The position numbers were made by a program, and so were the translations under genes. The notes under the pieces were generated by a model. It did not search any database, was not told the origin of the DNA, and was given only the letters and a program-made list of their open reading frames with translations. DNA of 64,000 nucleotides, taken from Gemmatimonadota bacterium (GTDB taxonomy: Bacteria; JBHIER01; G020348925). Shown here piece after piece: positions 55,498 through 64,000 of the stretch. How positions within the stretch are numbered: the stretch's first letter is position 1; every line of letters starts with the position of its first letter. The DNA is taken from the NCBI GenBank assembly GCA_020348925.1, contig CP070758.1:1834030-1898029 (forward strand), read 5' to 3'.

Positions 55498-58400
55498 ATG
55501 TGCAAAAAGAAACCGTTGATTCTCAGACATCTATATATATGCCTTTCTCTTTTGACATTGTTCTCACTGGGCTTCTCACACAGAACTTTCGCCCTGAGGC
55601 AGGATATCTCCTTCCAAGTGATCTCACTGGAGCAAGGGCTCTCACAGAGTATCGTAGAGAGTATCGTTCAGGACAAGAGAGGGTTTATGTGGTTCGGCAC
55701 TGAAGACGGGCTGAACATCTACGATGGATACAGATTTCTTGTACTGCGCAACGTTCCGGGGGATCTCAATAGTCTGAGCTACAATCACATCACGGCAATC
55801 TACGAGGACAAATTAGGACAGCTGTGGATTGGCACATTCAACGGCGGACTGAACACCTATAATATAGAAAAGGATCAATTCACTCGCTATCAACATGACC
55901 CCAGCGATTCCCACAGTCTAAGCAACAACGTTATCAGGGCAATTTACCAGGACAGAGCTGGGACACTCTGGATCGGTACTGATGATGGATTGAACATGTT
56001 GGTCATACATTCCGGTGCAGAAGATACGGCGGAACAGAACCGAAGCTTTGTGTGCTACAAACACGATCCCCAGGACCCGAACAGTCTCAGCAACAGTGTC
56101 GTAAGATCCGTATATCAGGAGAAAGACGGAGCGCTCTGGATCGGTACTGACGGCGGATTGAACAAGCTCGTTCAAACACCCTCGGGTGCCGTCAAATTTA
56201 TACGGTTTCAATATAACCCCCTTGATCCCGGCAGCATCAGCAACAATATTATCAGAGTAATATATCAGGATGAAGACGGAACGCTCTGGATAGGAACCGA
56301 TGGGGGCTTGAACAAACGTATTGAAACCTCACCGGATGCGGTCAAGTTTCTACGGTATCAGAACGACCCCCGCGATCCTCGTAGCCTGAGTCACAATCAA
56401 GTCTATACAATTTTTGAAGACCGTTTTAAAACACTCTGGATTGGTACAAACGGGGGTGGCTTGTGTCAATTCGATCGTGAGGAGGGTATCTTCACTCCAT
56501 ACGTAAATGATCCGAGGGATCCGAATAGTCTCAGCTATAACGAGATTCGAAGTATTTACGAGGACAGATCGGGTAACCTGTGGATAGGGACGTATGGTGT
56601 CGGAATCAGTAAGCTTGATAGAAGTCGAAAAAAATTCGTCCATTACAGGCCAGTTCCGAGGAACCCGAATAGCGTAAGTGCGGAAATCATCTGGTGCATT
56701 CACGAGGACAAAGAGGGTATACTCTGGATCGGAACCCATGGTGGTGGACTGAACAGGTTCGATCGACAAAAGAATGAGTATACCCATTATCTCTCTGATC
56801 CCAACGATCACAATAGCCTGAGCAGTAATATTGTGCGCCTCATTCTCGAGGACGACACAGGCGCGCTATGGATCGGAACCCATGGTGGGGGTATTACCAA
56901 AATGAACAAAACCACTGGAAAATGTATTCGATATCTCCATGATCCGAATGATCCCTTCAGTTTGAGTCATAATGACATCAGGGGGATGTTATTCGATCGC
57001 ACCGGAACTTTATGGGTAGGCACCAGAGGAGGAGGTCTGAATAAATTAGAAATAGAGAAGAATACGAACACGCCTCTCAAATGTATTCATTATCGTCATG
57101 ATCCCGATAATCCGAAGAGCATTAGCAGTGATTTCATAAGGACAATCTATGAGGATAAAGAGGGCGTACTTTGGATTGGGACTCTTGGAGGAGGATTGAA
57201 CAGGTTTGAAAAAGAAACAGAGACGTTTACTCATTTCAAGTCAGATCCCGGCGATTCATTCAGCCTGAGTAACGATTATGTTTTTGCCATTCACGAGGAT
57301 CCCGCAGGTATGTTCTGGCTGGGAACCTGGGGTGGCGGCCTGAACAGATTTGACCGAAAAAAGAAAGTGTTTCATCACTACACTCAAGAGGATGGACTTC
57401 CAAGCCTTGGGGTGTATGGAATACTGGAAGATCATCATGGAAACCTGTGGTTAAGTACGAATAACGGATTATCCCGGTTTCATCCGAAGACCGAAACCTT
57501 CAGGAATTTTAACGTCAGGGACGGGCTCCAGAGCAATGAATTCAATGGGGGCTCCTACTTTATGAGCCACAGCGGTGAGATGTTTTTCGGCGGCATAAAT
57601 GGATTGAATGCCTTCTTTCCGGATGAAATAGTGGACAATACGTACATACCTCCGATTGCGGTAACTTCATTTCGAAAATTTAACCGAGAAGTGGATTTTG
57701 ATACACCGCTGTCGGAAATAGACGAGATGAAACTTTCTCACAGAGATTATGTTTTTTCCTTTGAATTCGCTGCACTGGATTACACGGCACCTGAGAAAAA
57801 CATGTATGCCTATAAGATGGAAGGTTTGGATAAAGACTGGATTTATACTGATGCAGAGAGACGCTTTGCCACCTTCACTACACTCTCACCGGGTACATAC
57901 ACATTCAGAGTCAAGGGCTCAAATAACGACGGTGTATGGAATGAAGAGGGCGCTTCAATACGAATTATCATCACACCCCCTTGGTGGAAGACGTTGTGGG
58001 CATATATTGGATACGTCATGCTCTGTGCAGTTGGGATCTTATATGCGAGGGCACTTTCGAATAAAAGGGCACGGATAAAAGCCGACAACGAGCGCAAGAC
58101 GAAAGAACTTGAGGAGGCTCGACAACTCCAGCTTTCAATGCTGCCGGAATCCGTTCCGAATCTCTCCAATGTTGAGATGGCTGTGTACATGAGGACAGCG
58201 ACCGAAGTTGGCGGTGATTATTATGATTTTCATGTGGCCAAAGATGGAGCTTTAACCGTAACTATCGGAGATGCCACTGGGCACGGCATGACAGCGGGAA
58301 ACATGGTTGTTTCGATGAAGAGCCTCTTCAATGCGCTCACTGAGGAAACGAACATACCTGCCTTCTTCAGCAGAAGTAACGAGATTTTAGAGAGAATGCA

Positions 58401-58824
58401 CATGAAGCAGCTCTATATGTGTATGGCTATGCTCCGCATCAACAAAGAGACCATGATTGCTTCTACAGCGGGCATACCTCCAATTTTGATTTATAGACAG
58501 GCGACGGGTGCTGTTGAAGAAATAAATACCGGTGGAGTGCCTCTTGGTTGGATCGTTGATTATTCGTACCAACAGATCGAGACATCCCTTTCCGCTGGAG
58601 ACACGATACTCCTCATGACAGACGGTTTTGCCGAGCTATTCAATGAAGAAGACGAGCTCTTGGGCCATTCCCAAGCGAAAGAGATTTTTAAGCGGGTTGC
58701 TCAATATTCATCGGATAAAGTGATCTCGAAGTTGGTCGAAGCTGGCGAGAAATGGCGCGGGGGGAGAGTCCAACAGGATGACATTACCTTTGTAGTTCTT
58801 AAGGTGAGAAATGGCAGGAATTGA
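55498..58824 (+). CDS. Membrane sensor: periplasmic two-component-regulator beta-propeller repeats, Y_Y_Y domain, TM helix and SpoIIE/PP2C phosphatase
   Basis: Many 'SLSxNxIRxIYEDxxGxLWIGTxGGGLN' repeats, LSPGTYTFRVKGSN, PPWWKTLWAY, EVGGDYYD, GDATGHG, TDG, QQDDITFVVL. Start is uncertain (55438-55498). Confidence 0.92.
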   Translation: MCKKKPLILRHLYICLSLLTLFSLGFSHRTFALRQDISFQVISLEQGLSQSIVESIVQDKRGFMWFGTEDGLNIYDGYRFLVLRNVPGDLNSLSYNHITAIYEDKLGQLWIGTFNGGLNTYNIEKDQFTRYQHDPSDSHSLSNNVIRAIYQDRAGTLWIGTDDGLNMLVIHSGAEDTAEQNRSFVCYKHDPQDPNSLSNSVVRSVYQEKDGALWIGTDGGLNKLVQTPSGAVKFIRFQYNPLDPGSISNNIIRVIYQDEDGTLWIGTDGGLNKRIETSPDAVKFLRYQNDPRDPRSLSHNQVYTIFEDRFKTLWIGTNGGGLCQFDREEGIFTPYVNDPRDPNSLSYNEIRSIYEDRSGNLWIGTYGVGISKLDRSRKKFVHYRPVPRNPNSVSAEIIWCIHEDKEGILWIGTHGGGLNRFDRQKNEYTHYLSDPNDHNSLSSNIVRLILEDDTGALWIGTHGGGITKMNKTTGKCIRYLHDPNDPFSLSHNDIRGMLFDRTGTLWVGTRGGGLNKLEIEKNTNTPLKCIHYRHDPDNPKSISSDFIRTIYEDKEGVLWIGTLGGGLNRFEKETETFTHFKSDPGDSFSLSNDYVFAIHEDPAGMFWLGTWGGGLNRFDRKKKVFHHYTQEDGLPSLGVYGILEDHHGNLWLSTNNGLSRFHPKTETFRNFNVRDGLQSNEFNGGSYFMSHSGEMFFGGINGLNAFFPDEIVDNTYIPPIAVTSFRKFNREVDFDTPLSEIDEMKLSHRDYVFSFEFAALDYTAPEKNMYAYKMEGLDKDWIYTDAERRFATFTTLSPGTYTFRVKGSNNDGVWNEEGASIRIIITPPWWKTLWAYIGYVMLCAVGILYARALSNKRARIKADNERKTKELEEARQLQLSMLPESVPNLSNVEMAVYMRTATEVGGDYYDFHVAKDGALTVTIGDATGHGMTAGNMVVSMKSLFNALTEETNIPAFFSRSNEILERMHMKQLYMCMAMLRINKETMIASTAGIPPILIYRQATGAVEEINTGGVPLGWIVDYSYQQIETSLSAGDTILLMTDGFAELFNEEDELLGHSQAKEIFKRVAQYSSDKVISKLVEAGEKWRGGRVQQDDITFVVLKVRNGRN

Positions 58825-58856
58825 GAACAACCTGGGAAGCTTTCCAAGGAGGCGGA

Positions 58857-59201
58857 ATGAAATTTGAAGAAGAAACCTTCGGCGATGTTCAGATCCTTCA
58901 CCTCCAGGGTAAAATAATGGGTGGGCCGGAGACGCAAGTGCTACGCCATCGTCTCGAAGAGTTGGTTGCTTTCGACACACGGTTCTTAGTGATAGACTTT
59001 CAAAATGTGAAGTGGATTAACAGCACAGGTATTGGTGCAATCATCCATTGTCTCTCTATCCTTCGCAGTCGCGGCGGGGATATTCGTTTCGCCAATCTCC
59101 ATGGTGAAACGCTGCTTTACATTCAAGTCATGAACCTGGGAAAAATAATAAGAACCTTCAATAGCATCGACGAAGCAGTGGCAAGTTTTTCAAAGGATTG
59201 A
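58857..59201 (+). CDS. STAS-domain anti-sigma factor antagonist
   Basis: AAGGAGG RBS; VIDFQNVKWINSTGIGAII with the conserved phospho-Ser. Confidence 0.88.
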   Translation: MKFEEETFGDVQILHLQGKIMGGPETQVLRHRLEELVAFDTRFLVIDFQNVKWINSTGIGAIIHCLSILRSRGGDIRFANLHGETLLYIQVMNLGKIIRTFNSIDEAVASFSKD

Positions 59202-59462
59202 CACCGGTAGAGTATAGTGCATTTCTAAAAGAAGGGGAGAATCCTGATTGATTCATAAACAATTATGGTGCACTGCTTACAGAGAGACATATATCACGCT
59301 TACGTCTTTGAACGGATCTGAAACATTTCGGGTATATAATTTTAACACACCGTATTTCTTGTTTCTCTGTGTCTCAGGGCTTCTGTGGCGAATGATCCAA
59401 TTTTATCTCCTTTCTAAACAAACTTACAATTTTCCCCAGGCTCAAGTACAAATTCGGCCCTT

Positions 59463-59478
59463 TTTGACTTAGGTCAAA
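59463..59478. promoter_or_regulatory. Putative Crp/Fnr-family (HcpR/Dnr-like) binding site upstream of hcp
   Basis: TTTGAC-TTAG-GTCAAA palindrome. A TACATT -10-like hexamer at 59499-59504 puts the site centre near -41. Confidence 0.55.
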
Positions 59479-59691
59479 GAATCGTATTGTCGTATTTTTA
59501 CATTTTCGAATCAGCACTGAGATAGCCGGCTCATAGAGAGAAACCATTTTGTTCTTGGGTACGCGCCAGGGGTGAGATAAATTTAAAAACATGAGGAGGT
59601 GAGCGACTGATACGAATTATTCGATCGCAAGGAGTGATATCCAACACATCCGTAAGAGGTGAAAACTTACAATTAAAGACGGAGGAATACA

Positions 59692-61317
59692 ATGCCTATG
59701 TTTTGTTTTCAATGCCAGGAGACCTTGGCCAATGAGGGTTGTACGGCAAACGGAATCTGCGGCAAAAAAGAAGATACGGCAAACCTTCAGGATCTTTTGA
59801 TCTATGTCATAAAAGGGATTTCTGTTGTTCTTGAAGAGACAGGAAAAGTTGACAAAGAAGCAAGTCGTTACATCATAAAGGCTCTTTTCACAACAGTGAC
59901 GAATGTGAATTTTGATAATGAGAGGATTGTTGAGCTCATAAAACAGGGATTATCGATTCGAGAAGAACTTAAACAAAAATACAACGTCGATGGTGATTTG
60001 CACGATTCCGCCCAGTGGTTTCCCGTAAACGAAGGTGACTTCATTTCAAAGGCTTTAAGCACAGGGATTCTTGCCACAGAAGATGAAGATGTGCGTTCTC
60101 TTCGCGAATTGCTCGTCTATGCTTTGAAGGGTATTGCTGCTTATGCCGATCATGCCGCTGTTTTGGGGTACGAAGACGAGGCTCTCTATCGGAATATGGT
60201 TGGATTGTTGGCGTCCACGACCAAAGATCACAGCCTCGATGAGATGGTTGCAAACGTGTTGAAAGCCGGTGAACTGGCCGTCACAACCATGGCACTTCTG
60301 GACAAGGCCAATACCGAAACGTACGGTCATCCTGAACTCACGAAAGTACAAACCGGGGTTGGCCGTAATCCCGGTATTCTGATCTCAGGTCATGATCTGA
60401 AAGATATGGACGAGCTTCTGAAACAGACCGAGGGGACCGGTGTTGATGTGTACACCCACGGAGAGATGTTGCCGGCGAACTATTATCCTGTTTTTAAGAA
60501 ATACGATCACTTTATCGGGAACTACGGAAACTCATGGTGGCAGCAGAAGGAGGAATTTGAAGCATTCAACGGTCCGATACTGATGACGACCAACTGTCTG
60601 GTTCCGCCGAAAGAGACGTACAAAGAGAGGGTATTCACAACCGGGAATGCCGGGTTCCCCGGTTTACGCCACATACCGGATCGGGAAAACGGAGGAACGA
60701 AAGATTTCTCTGAAGTCGTCGAACTCGCGAAAAAATGTGAACCGCCGGTTGAAATTGAAAAGGGGACCATCGTGGGCGGTTTTGCTCACAATCAAGTGCT
60801 TGCCTTGGCGGATAAGGTCGTCGAGGCCGTCAAATCCGGTGCAATAAAAAGGTTTGTCGTCATGGCCGGTTGTGACGGGCGCCAAAAATCGAGAAGCTAT
60901 TTTACAGCAGTGGCTGAAAATCTCCCTCAGGATACGGTCATTTTGACGGCTGGTTGTGCGAAATTCCGGTACAACAAACTGAATCTCGGTGATATCGGTG
61001 GAATACCAAGGGTTCTGGATGCCGGACAGTGCAACGATTCTTACTCGCTGGCGGTAGTCGCGCTGAAGCTGAAAGAAGTGTTTGAGCTGGAGGATATCAA
61101 TGAGCTGCCCATCTCCTTCGATATCGGCTGGTATGAACAAAAAGCTGTGGCTGTCTTGCTTGCTTTGCTTCATCTTGGAGTGAAGGGGATTCGATTGGGA
61201 CCGACCCTGCCGGCATTTCTCTCCCCAAACGTGGTGAAAGTTTTGGTCGAGAACTTTGACATAAAACCCGTTGGCGATGTCAAAGGTGATGTGGAAGCGA
61301 TGATGCTGGGCATGTAA
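59692..61317 (+). CDS. hcp: Hybrid cluster protein (hydroxylamine/NO reductase)
   Basis: MFCFQCQET...[50 protein letters not shown]. Confidence 0.97.
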   Translation: MPMFCFQCQETLANEGCTANGICGKKEDTANLQDLLIYVIKGISVVLEETGKVDKEASRYIIKALFTTVTNVNFDNERIVELIKQGLSIREELKQKYNVDGDLHDSAQWFPVNEGDFISKALSTGILATEDEDVRSLRELLVYALKGIAAYADHAAVLGYEDEALYRNMVGLLASTTKDHSLDEMVANVLKAGELAVTTMALLDKANTETYGHPELTKVQTGVGRNPGILISGHDLKDMDELLKQTEGTGVDVYTHGEMLPANYYPVFKKYDHFIGNYGNSWWQQKEEFEAFNGPILMTTNCLVPPKETYKERVFTTGNAGFPGLRHIPDRENGGTKDFSEVVELAKKCEPPVEIEKGTIVGGFAHNQVLALADKVVEAVKSGAIKRFVVMAGCDGRQKSRSYFTAVAENLPQDTVILTAGCAKFRYNKLNLGDIGGIPRVLDAGQCNDSYSLAVVALKLKEVFELEDINELPISFDIGWYEQKAVAVLLALLHLGVKGIRLGPTLPAFLSPNVVKVLVENFDIKPVGDVKGDVEAMMLGM

Positions 61318-61630
61318 ACGATTCAATCCGAAATCGGTTCTTGTTGATTCTCTAATTAAGCAGACTATTGAAGCTGACCGCGTAACCCACATTCGCATGC
61401 TCGGTCGGCTTTTCTATTCGAACGATAACTCTCGATCGACCGGTATATAGATGCTGTTCGAAAAATCAGAATTGGGATGCATGCCCCGGTATACGGCACA
61501 GTACTTCTTCGATAGACACTGATCGATATTCACTTTGTATTTGGACATGCAATGAAATGCTCATTCGGACAAATTTCCTTTTCCTACCGCACAGGACACA
61601 TGACTTGTGCAATCAAGAAGTTTTCTCCTC

Positions 61631-62113
61631 TCACGTATGCGACTCAAAGAGATTGGAAACCATTTGGGAAACTTCCTCAAGAAATTTTCTCTCTTCCTCA
61701 GTGAACGGTGAAATCGTGTGGGAATCGATGTCGAGCTCACCGACAACCTTCCCGTCCCTGAAAAACGGAACAACAATCTCCGCTTGCACTTTTGAACTGC
61801 ACGACAGATAGTTCGCTTCTCCCGAGGTATCCTGAACGACGAAGGTCTCTCCCCTCTCCGCCGCCTGACCGCAGATGCCTCTGCCGAATGGTATTCTCTC
61901 GTGTTCGGTCGGTTCTCCGACATATGGACCGAGAACAAGCTCCTTCTCGCTCTTTGGATCAACAAGGTAAAACCCGACCCAATCGTAATGGGATACGCGC
62001 TCCTCGAGCAACGTACAAATCGCCAAGAGGTTATCTTCCCTGCCGGAAGAACTATCGGTAATGTCTCTAACTTTTTCGAGGAGAGGATCATACAATTCTT
62101 TGGCATCGTTCAT
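61631..62113 (-). CDS. GAF-domain protein (free methionine-R-sulfoxide reductase-like)
   Basis: YDWVGFYL, LVLGPYVG, IPFGRGICG, NYLSCS, EIVVP, ELDIDS. Confidence 0.85.
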   Translation of the reverse strand: MNDAKELYDPLLEKVRDITDSSSGREDNLLAICTLLEERVSHYDWVGFYLVDPKSEKELVLGPYVGEPTEHERIPFGRGICGQAAERGETFVVQDTSGEANYLSCSSKVQAEIVVPFFRDGKVVGELDIDSHTISPFTEEERKFLEEVSQMVSNLFESHT

Positions 62114-62299
62114 TTCGTCGCTTCCTTTCGGAATGCTCAACTTTATACTCTCAATAAAGTTCTTTGTCTTGTCTGCCTACTCTGTCGTGTCCTTCGGTGA
62201 TTGCAACGCGGAGCCCTTCCCGGGCATGGTCGCAAGGCTCGCAAAGACAGGGAAAGGCAATCCCTGCAGAGATCAGTGAAGTACAGTCGCCATTGTGAA

Positions 62300-62650
62300 C
62301 TATTGTGTTTGCTTCAATTCATCCCACGCTTCGAAGGCTCGTCTGAGATGGGGAATTGTTATAGAGCCACCGACGACGAGCCCGATCTCAAGCGCTTCCT
62401 CAAACTCGCCATCATTCACACCCTCACCATAACACCGCATAATATGATACTTGATACACTCGTCACATCTCAACACAAGCGAGGCAACGAGTCCCAATAA
62501 CTCCTTTGTCTTTGCAGAAAGCGCTCCGTCATGGTAGACCTGGGAATCGAGGCTATAGAACCTTTTGATCGGAGCTCCTGCGTATTTCATGACAATGTCA
62601 TCTGATTTTTGCCGTTCTTTTTTATACTTTTCAACTGTGCTGTTACTCAT
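62300..62650 (-). CDS. Carboxymuconolactone decarboxylase/AhpD-like protein
   Basis: ALSAKTKELLGLVAS...RCDECIKYH (CxxC-x3-H), VVGGS. Confidence 0.88.
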   Translation of the reverse strand: MSNSTVEKYKKERQKSDDIVMKYAGAPIKRFYSLDSQVYHDGALSAKTKELLGLVASLVLRCDECIKYHIMRCYGEGVNDGEFEEALEIGLVVGGSITIPHLRRAFEAWDELKQTQ

Positions 62651-62670
62651 AAGTCTATCTCCTTAAGTAT

Positions 62671-62806
62671 GGTTTCAAAGGATTCAAGAACTCCAGGGTT
62701 CAAGGTTTCAAGTGATGAGAGACTCAGCGATTTATCCTAACACGCTTCAGGTGTCTGTTTCAGTTCAATTTTACCTGAATCCTCGGTTCCTTGACCCCTT
62801 GAATCC
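62671..62806. repeat. Two inverted arrays of degenerate 8-bp repeats
   Basis: Left: ggtttcaa-a-ggattcaa-gaactcca-gggttcaa-ggtttcaa (62671-62711). Right (62774-62806), reverse complement: ggattcaa-ggggtcaa-ggaaccga-ggattcag. Confidence 0.65.
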
Positions 62807-63330
62807 TAAAATCGTGATCCCGTAAATATCGCTTGTGCCAATAACCCTGCAATAGGCGGGAAGAAGAAGGAACAGGCGAATCGAATGAGCGTAAATTTCC
62901 AACCCAGTATTCCAAACTCCATCGGCAATCGGCTCACCGCCCACAGTGACCATCCTGTCAGAAACGCAACCATAGTCCCCACACTGGCTCCGGCACGCAG
63001 AAAACCGGCGACGACGGGCAAGCTAACATACGGGCCTCCGGGGGTCAAGCCTCCGGCAACAGTCCCGATGAGTATCCCTCGCAAACCGGACTCAACGCCC
63101 ACCCATTTCGATATGAGATCTCGAGGTAAGAGGACCTGTACCATGCCAGCAACAATGAAAGCGAAAAACAATAAGGGTAAGATTTCAATCAGCATTTTCC
63201 AGGTTGATTTCATACCGACAATGTGTTGTCCTTCTCCTTTCGAGTATCCTATAAATAGCAGGGCAATGGCAAGGATCCCCATTATGATCGTTGGAATTAC
63301 CATAGTTGAACCTCTTTTCTTTTTCGCCAT
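62806..63330 (-). CDS. Half-size permease (DUF318/ArsP-like)
   Basis: Hydrophobic 174 aa; ISKWVG, GGLTPGGPYVSLP, LRAGAS, RLPMEFGILG. Confidence 0.75.
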   Translation of the reverse strand: MAKKKRGSTMVIPTIIMGILAIALLFIGYSKGEGQHIVGMKSTWKMLIEILPLLFFAFIVAGMVQVLLPRDLISKWVGVESGLRGILIGTVAGGLTPGGPYVSLPVVAGFLRAGASVGTMVAFLTGWSLWAVSRLPMEFGILGWKFTLIRFACSFFFPPIAGLLAQAIFTGSRF

Positions 63331-63377
63331 TATATTTCTCCACCTCTATACTCTTTGGACGCAATACGCATCACGGA

Positions 63378-63965
63378 CTATTTTATGAAATATCTCATAA
63401 TCGGTCGGGTCTCTGAACGACGCGCTACTTCTTTGAATCCCGCCTTGCGAAATGCTGAGGCCAAGCCCGTGTATGCAAAAACGTCGGCTGTTTTCTCCTG
63501 CCTGGGCTCAACCGGATATCCCTCCACAATCTTCGCCCCCTGCTCTTTGGCATACTGTACTGCGGCTTCGAGAATCTTCACGGTGACGCCGCTACGTCTG
63601 AATGGTTTGGCAACGAAGAAACAGACGATCGACCATACGGGTTTATCGTCAACCCGTTTTAAAATCCGTGACCTCTCAAGAACTGAAAACTCTTCCCTCG
63701 GAGCAACTGAGCACCATGCGATAGGCTGACCATCCTTGTAAGCCAACAAGCCAGGAATTTCACCGGCTTTGATAATCTTTCTCATGGCTCTCTTATTGCC
63801 ATCCCCCTTTTGATCCTCGAAGTCGGATCTCTTCAAACGCCACCACATGCACCAGCACCCCCCACACGCCCCACGTTCTCCAAACAACGCTTCGAAATCT
63901 TTCCACTGTTCAGGGGTCACTGGATGGTACCTTAAATCTGAAATAGCAGATGATTTGAAAGCCAT
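63378..63965 (-). CDS. GNAT family N-acetyltransferase
   Basis: ACGGCWCMWWR, AWCSVAPR, WSIVCFFVAKPFRRSG, VEGYP, AFRKAGF. Confidence 0.88.
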   Translation of the reverse strand: MAFKSSAISDLRYHPVTPEQWKDFEALFGERGACGGCWCMWWRLKRSDFEDQKGDGNKRAMRKIIKAGEIPGLLAYKDGQPIAWCSVAPREEFSVLERSRILKRVDDKPVWSIVCFFVAKPFRRSGVTVKILEAAVQYAKEQGAKIVEGYPVEPRQEKTADVFAYTGLASAFRKAGFKEVARRSETRPIMRYFIK

Positions 63966-64000
63966 ATTTTTTCTCCCTCTCGTTGGAACGATATTATACG

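Noticed and set aside
55600-57600. Periodic DNA repeats in the sensor gene as a CRISPR or tandem array
   Set aside because: They are degenerate coding repeats of beta-propeller blades
1-64000. Mobile-element origin of the cluster
   Set aside because: No integrase, transposase, tRNA or flanking direct repeats were recognised; the cluster looks more GC-rich than the right flank, but this was not quantified

Overview
Bacterial window, probably from a Gram-negative anaerobe or microaerophile (TonB-dependent receptor, hybrid cluster protein, Fe-S proteins; an FCB-group/KSB1-like gene style is only an inference). It is dominated by a ~46 kb, single-strand, largely translationally coupled NRPS gene cluster (2406-48250). 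The cluster has ten separate single-module carrier-containing proteins: an acyl-CoA-ligase-T, two A-T(-TE) and seven C-A-T(-TE/-X). It also has an MbtH fusion, an Sfp-type PPTase, an Fe-S protein pair, a TonB receptor with an SsuABC/TauABC-type ABC transporter, and a flippase-GT4-DegT sugar module. Unusual points seen in the sequence: all four thioesterases have G-x-C-x-G (Cys instead of Ser); one module ends in a domain that aligns motif-by-motif with cyanobacterial acyl-ACP reductase rather than a standard R domain; three A domains lack the amino-binding Asp; and terminal tails suggest up to five short parallel assembly lines. The flanks carry a partial sigma factor, a NAT-family enzyme and DUF4416 on the left. 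On the right are secreted proteins, DsrE, a beta-propeller/PP2C sensor with STAS, hcp, GAF, CMD/AhpD, a permease and a GNAT. No rRNA, tRNA, CRISPR array or transposase was recognised. All assignments are by-eye motif recognition, not database searches.
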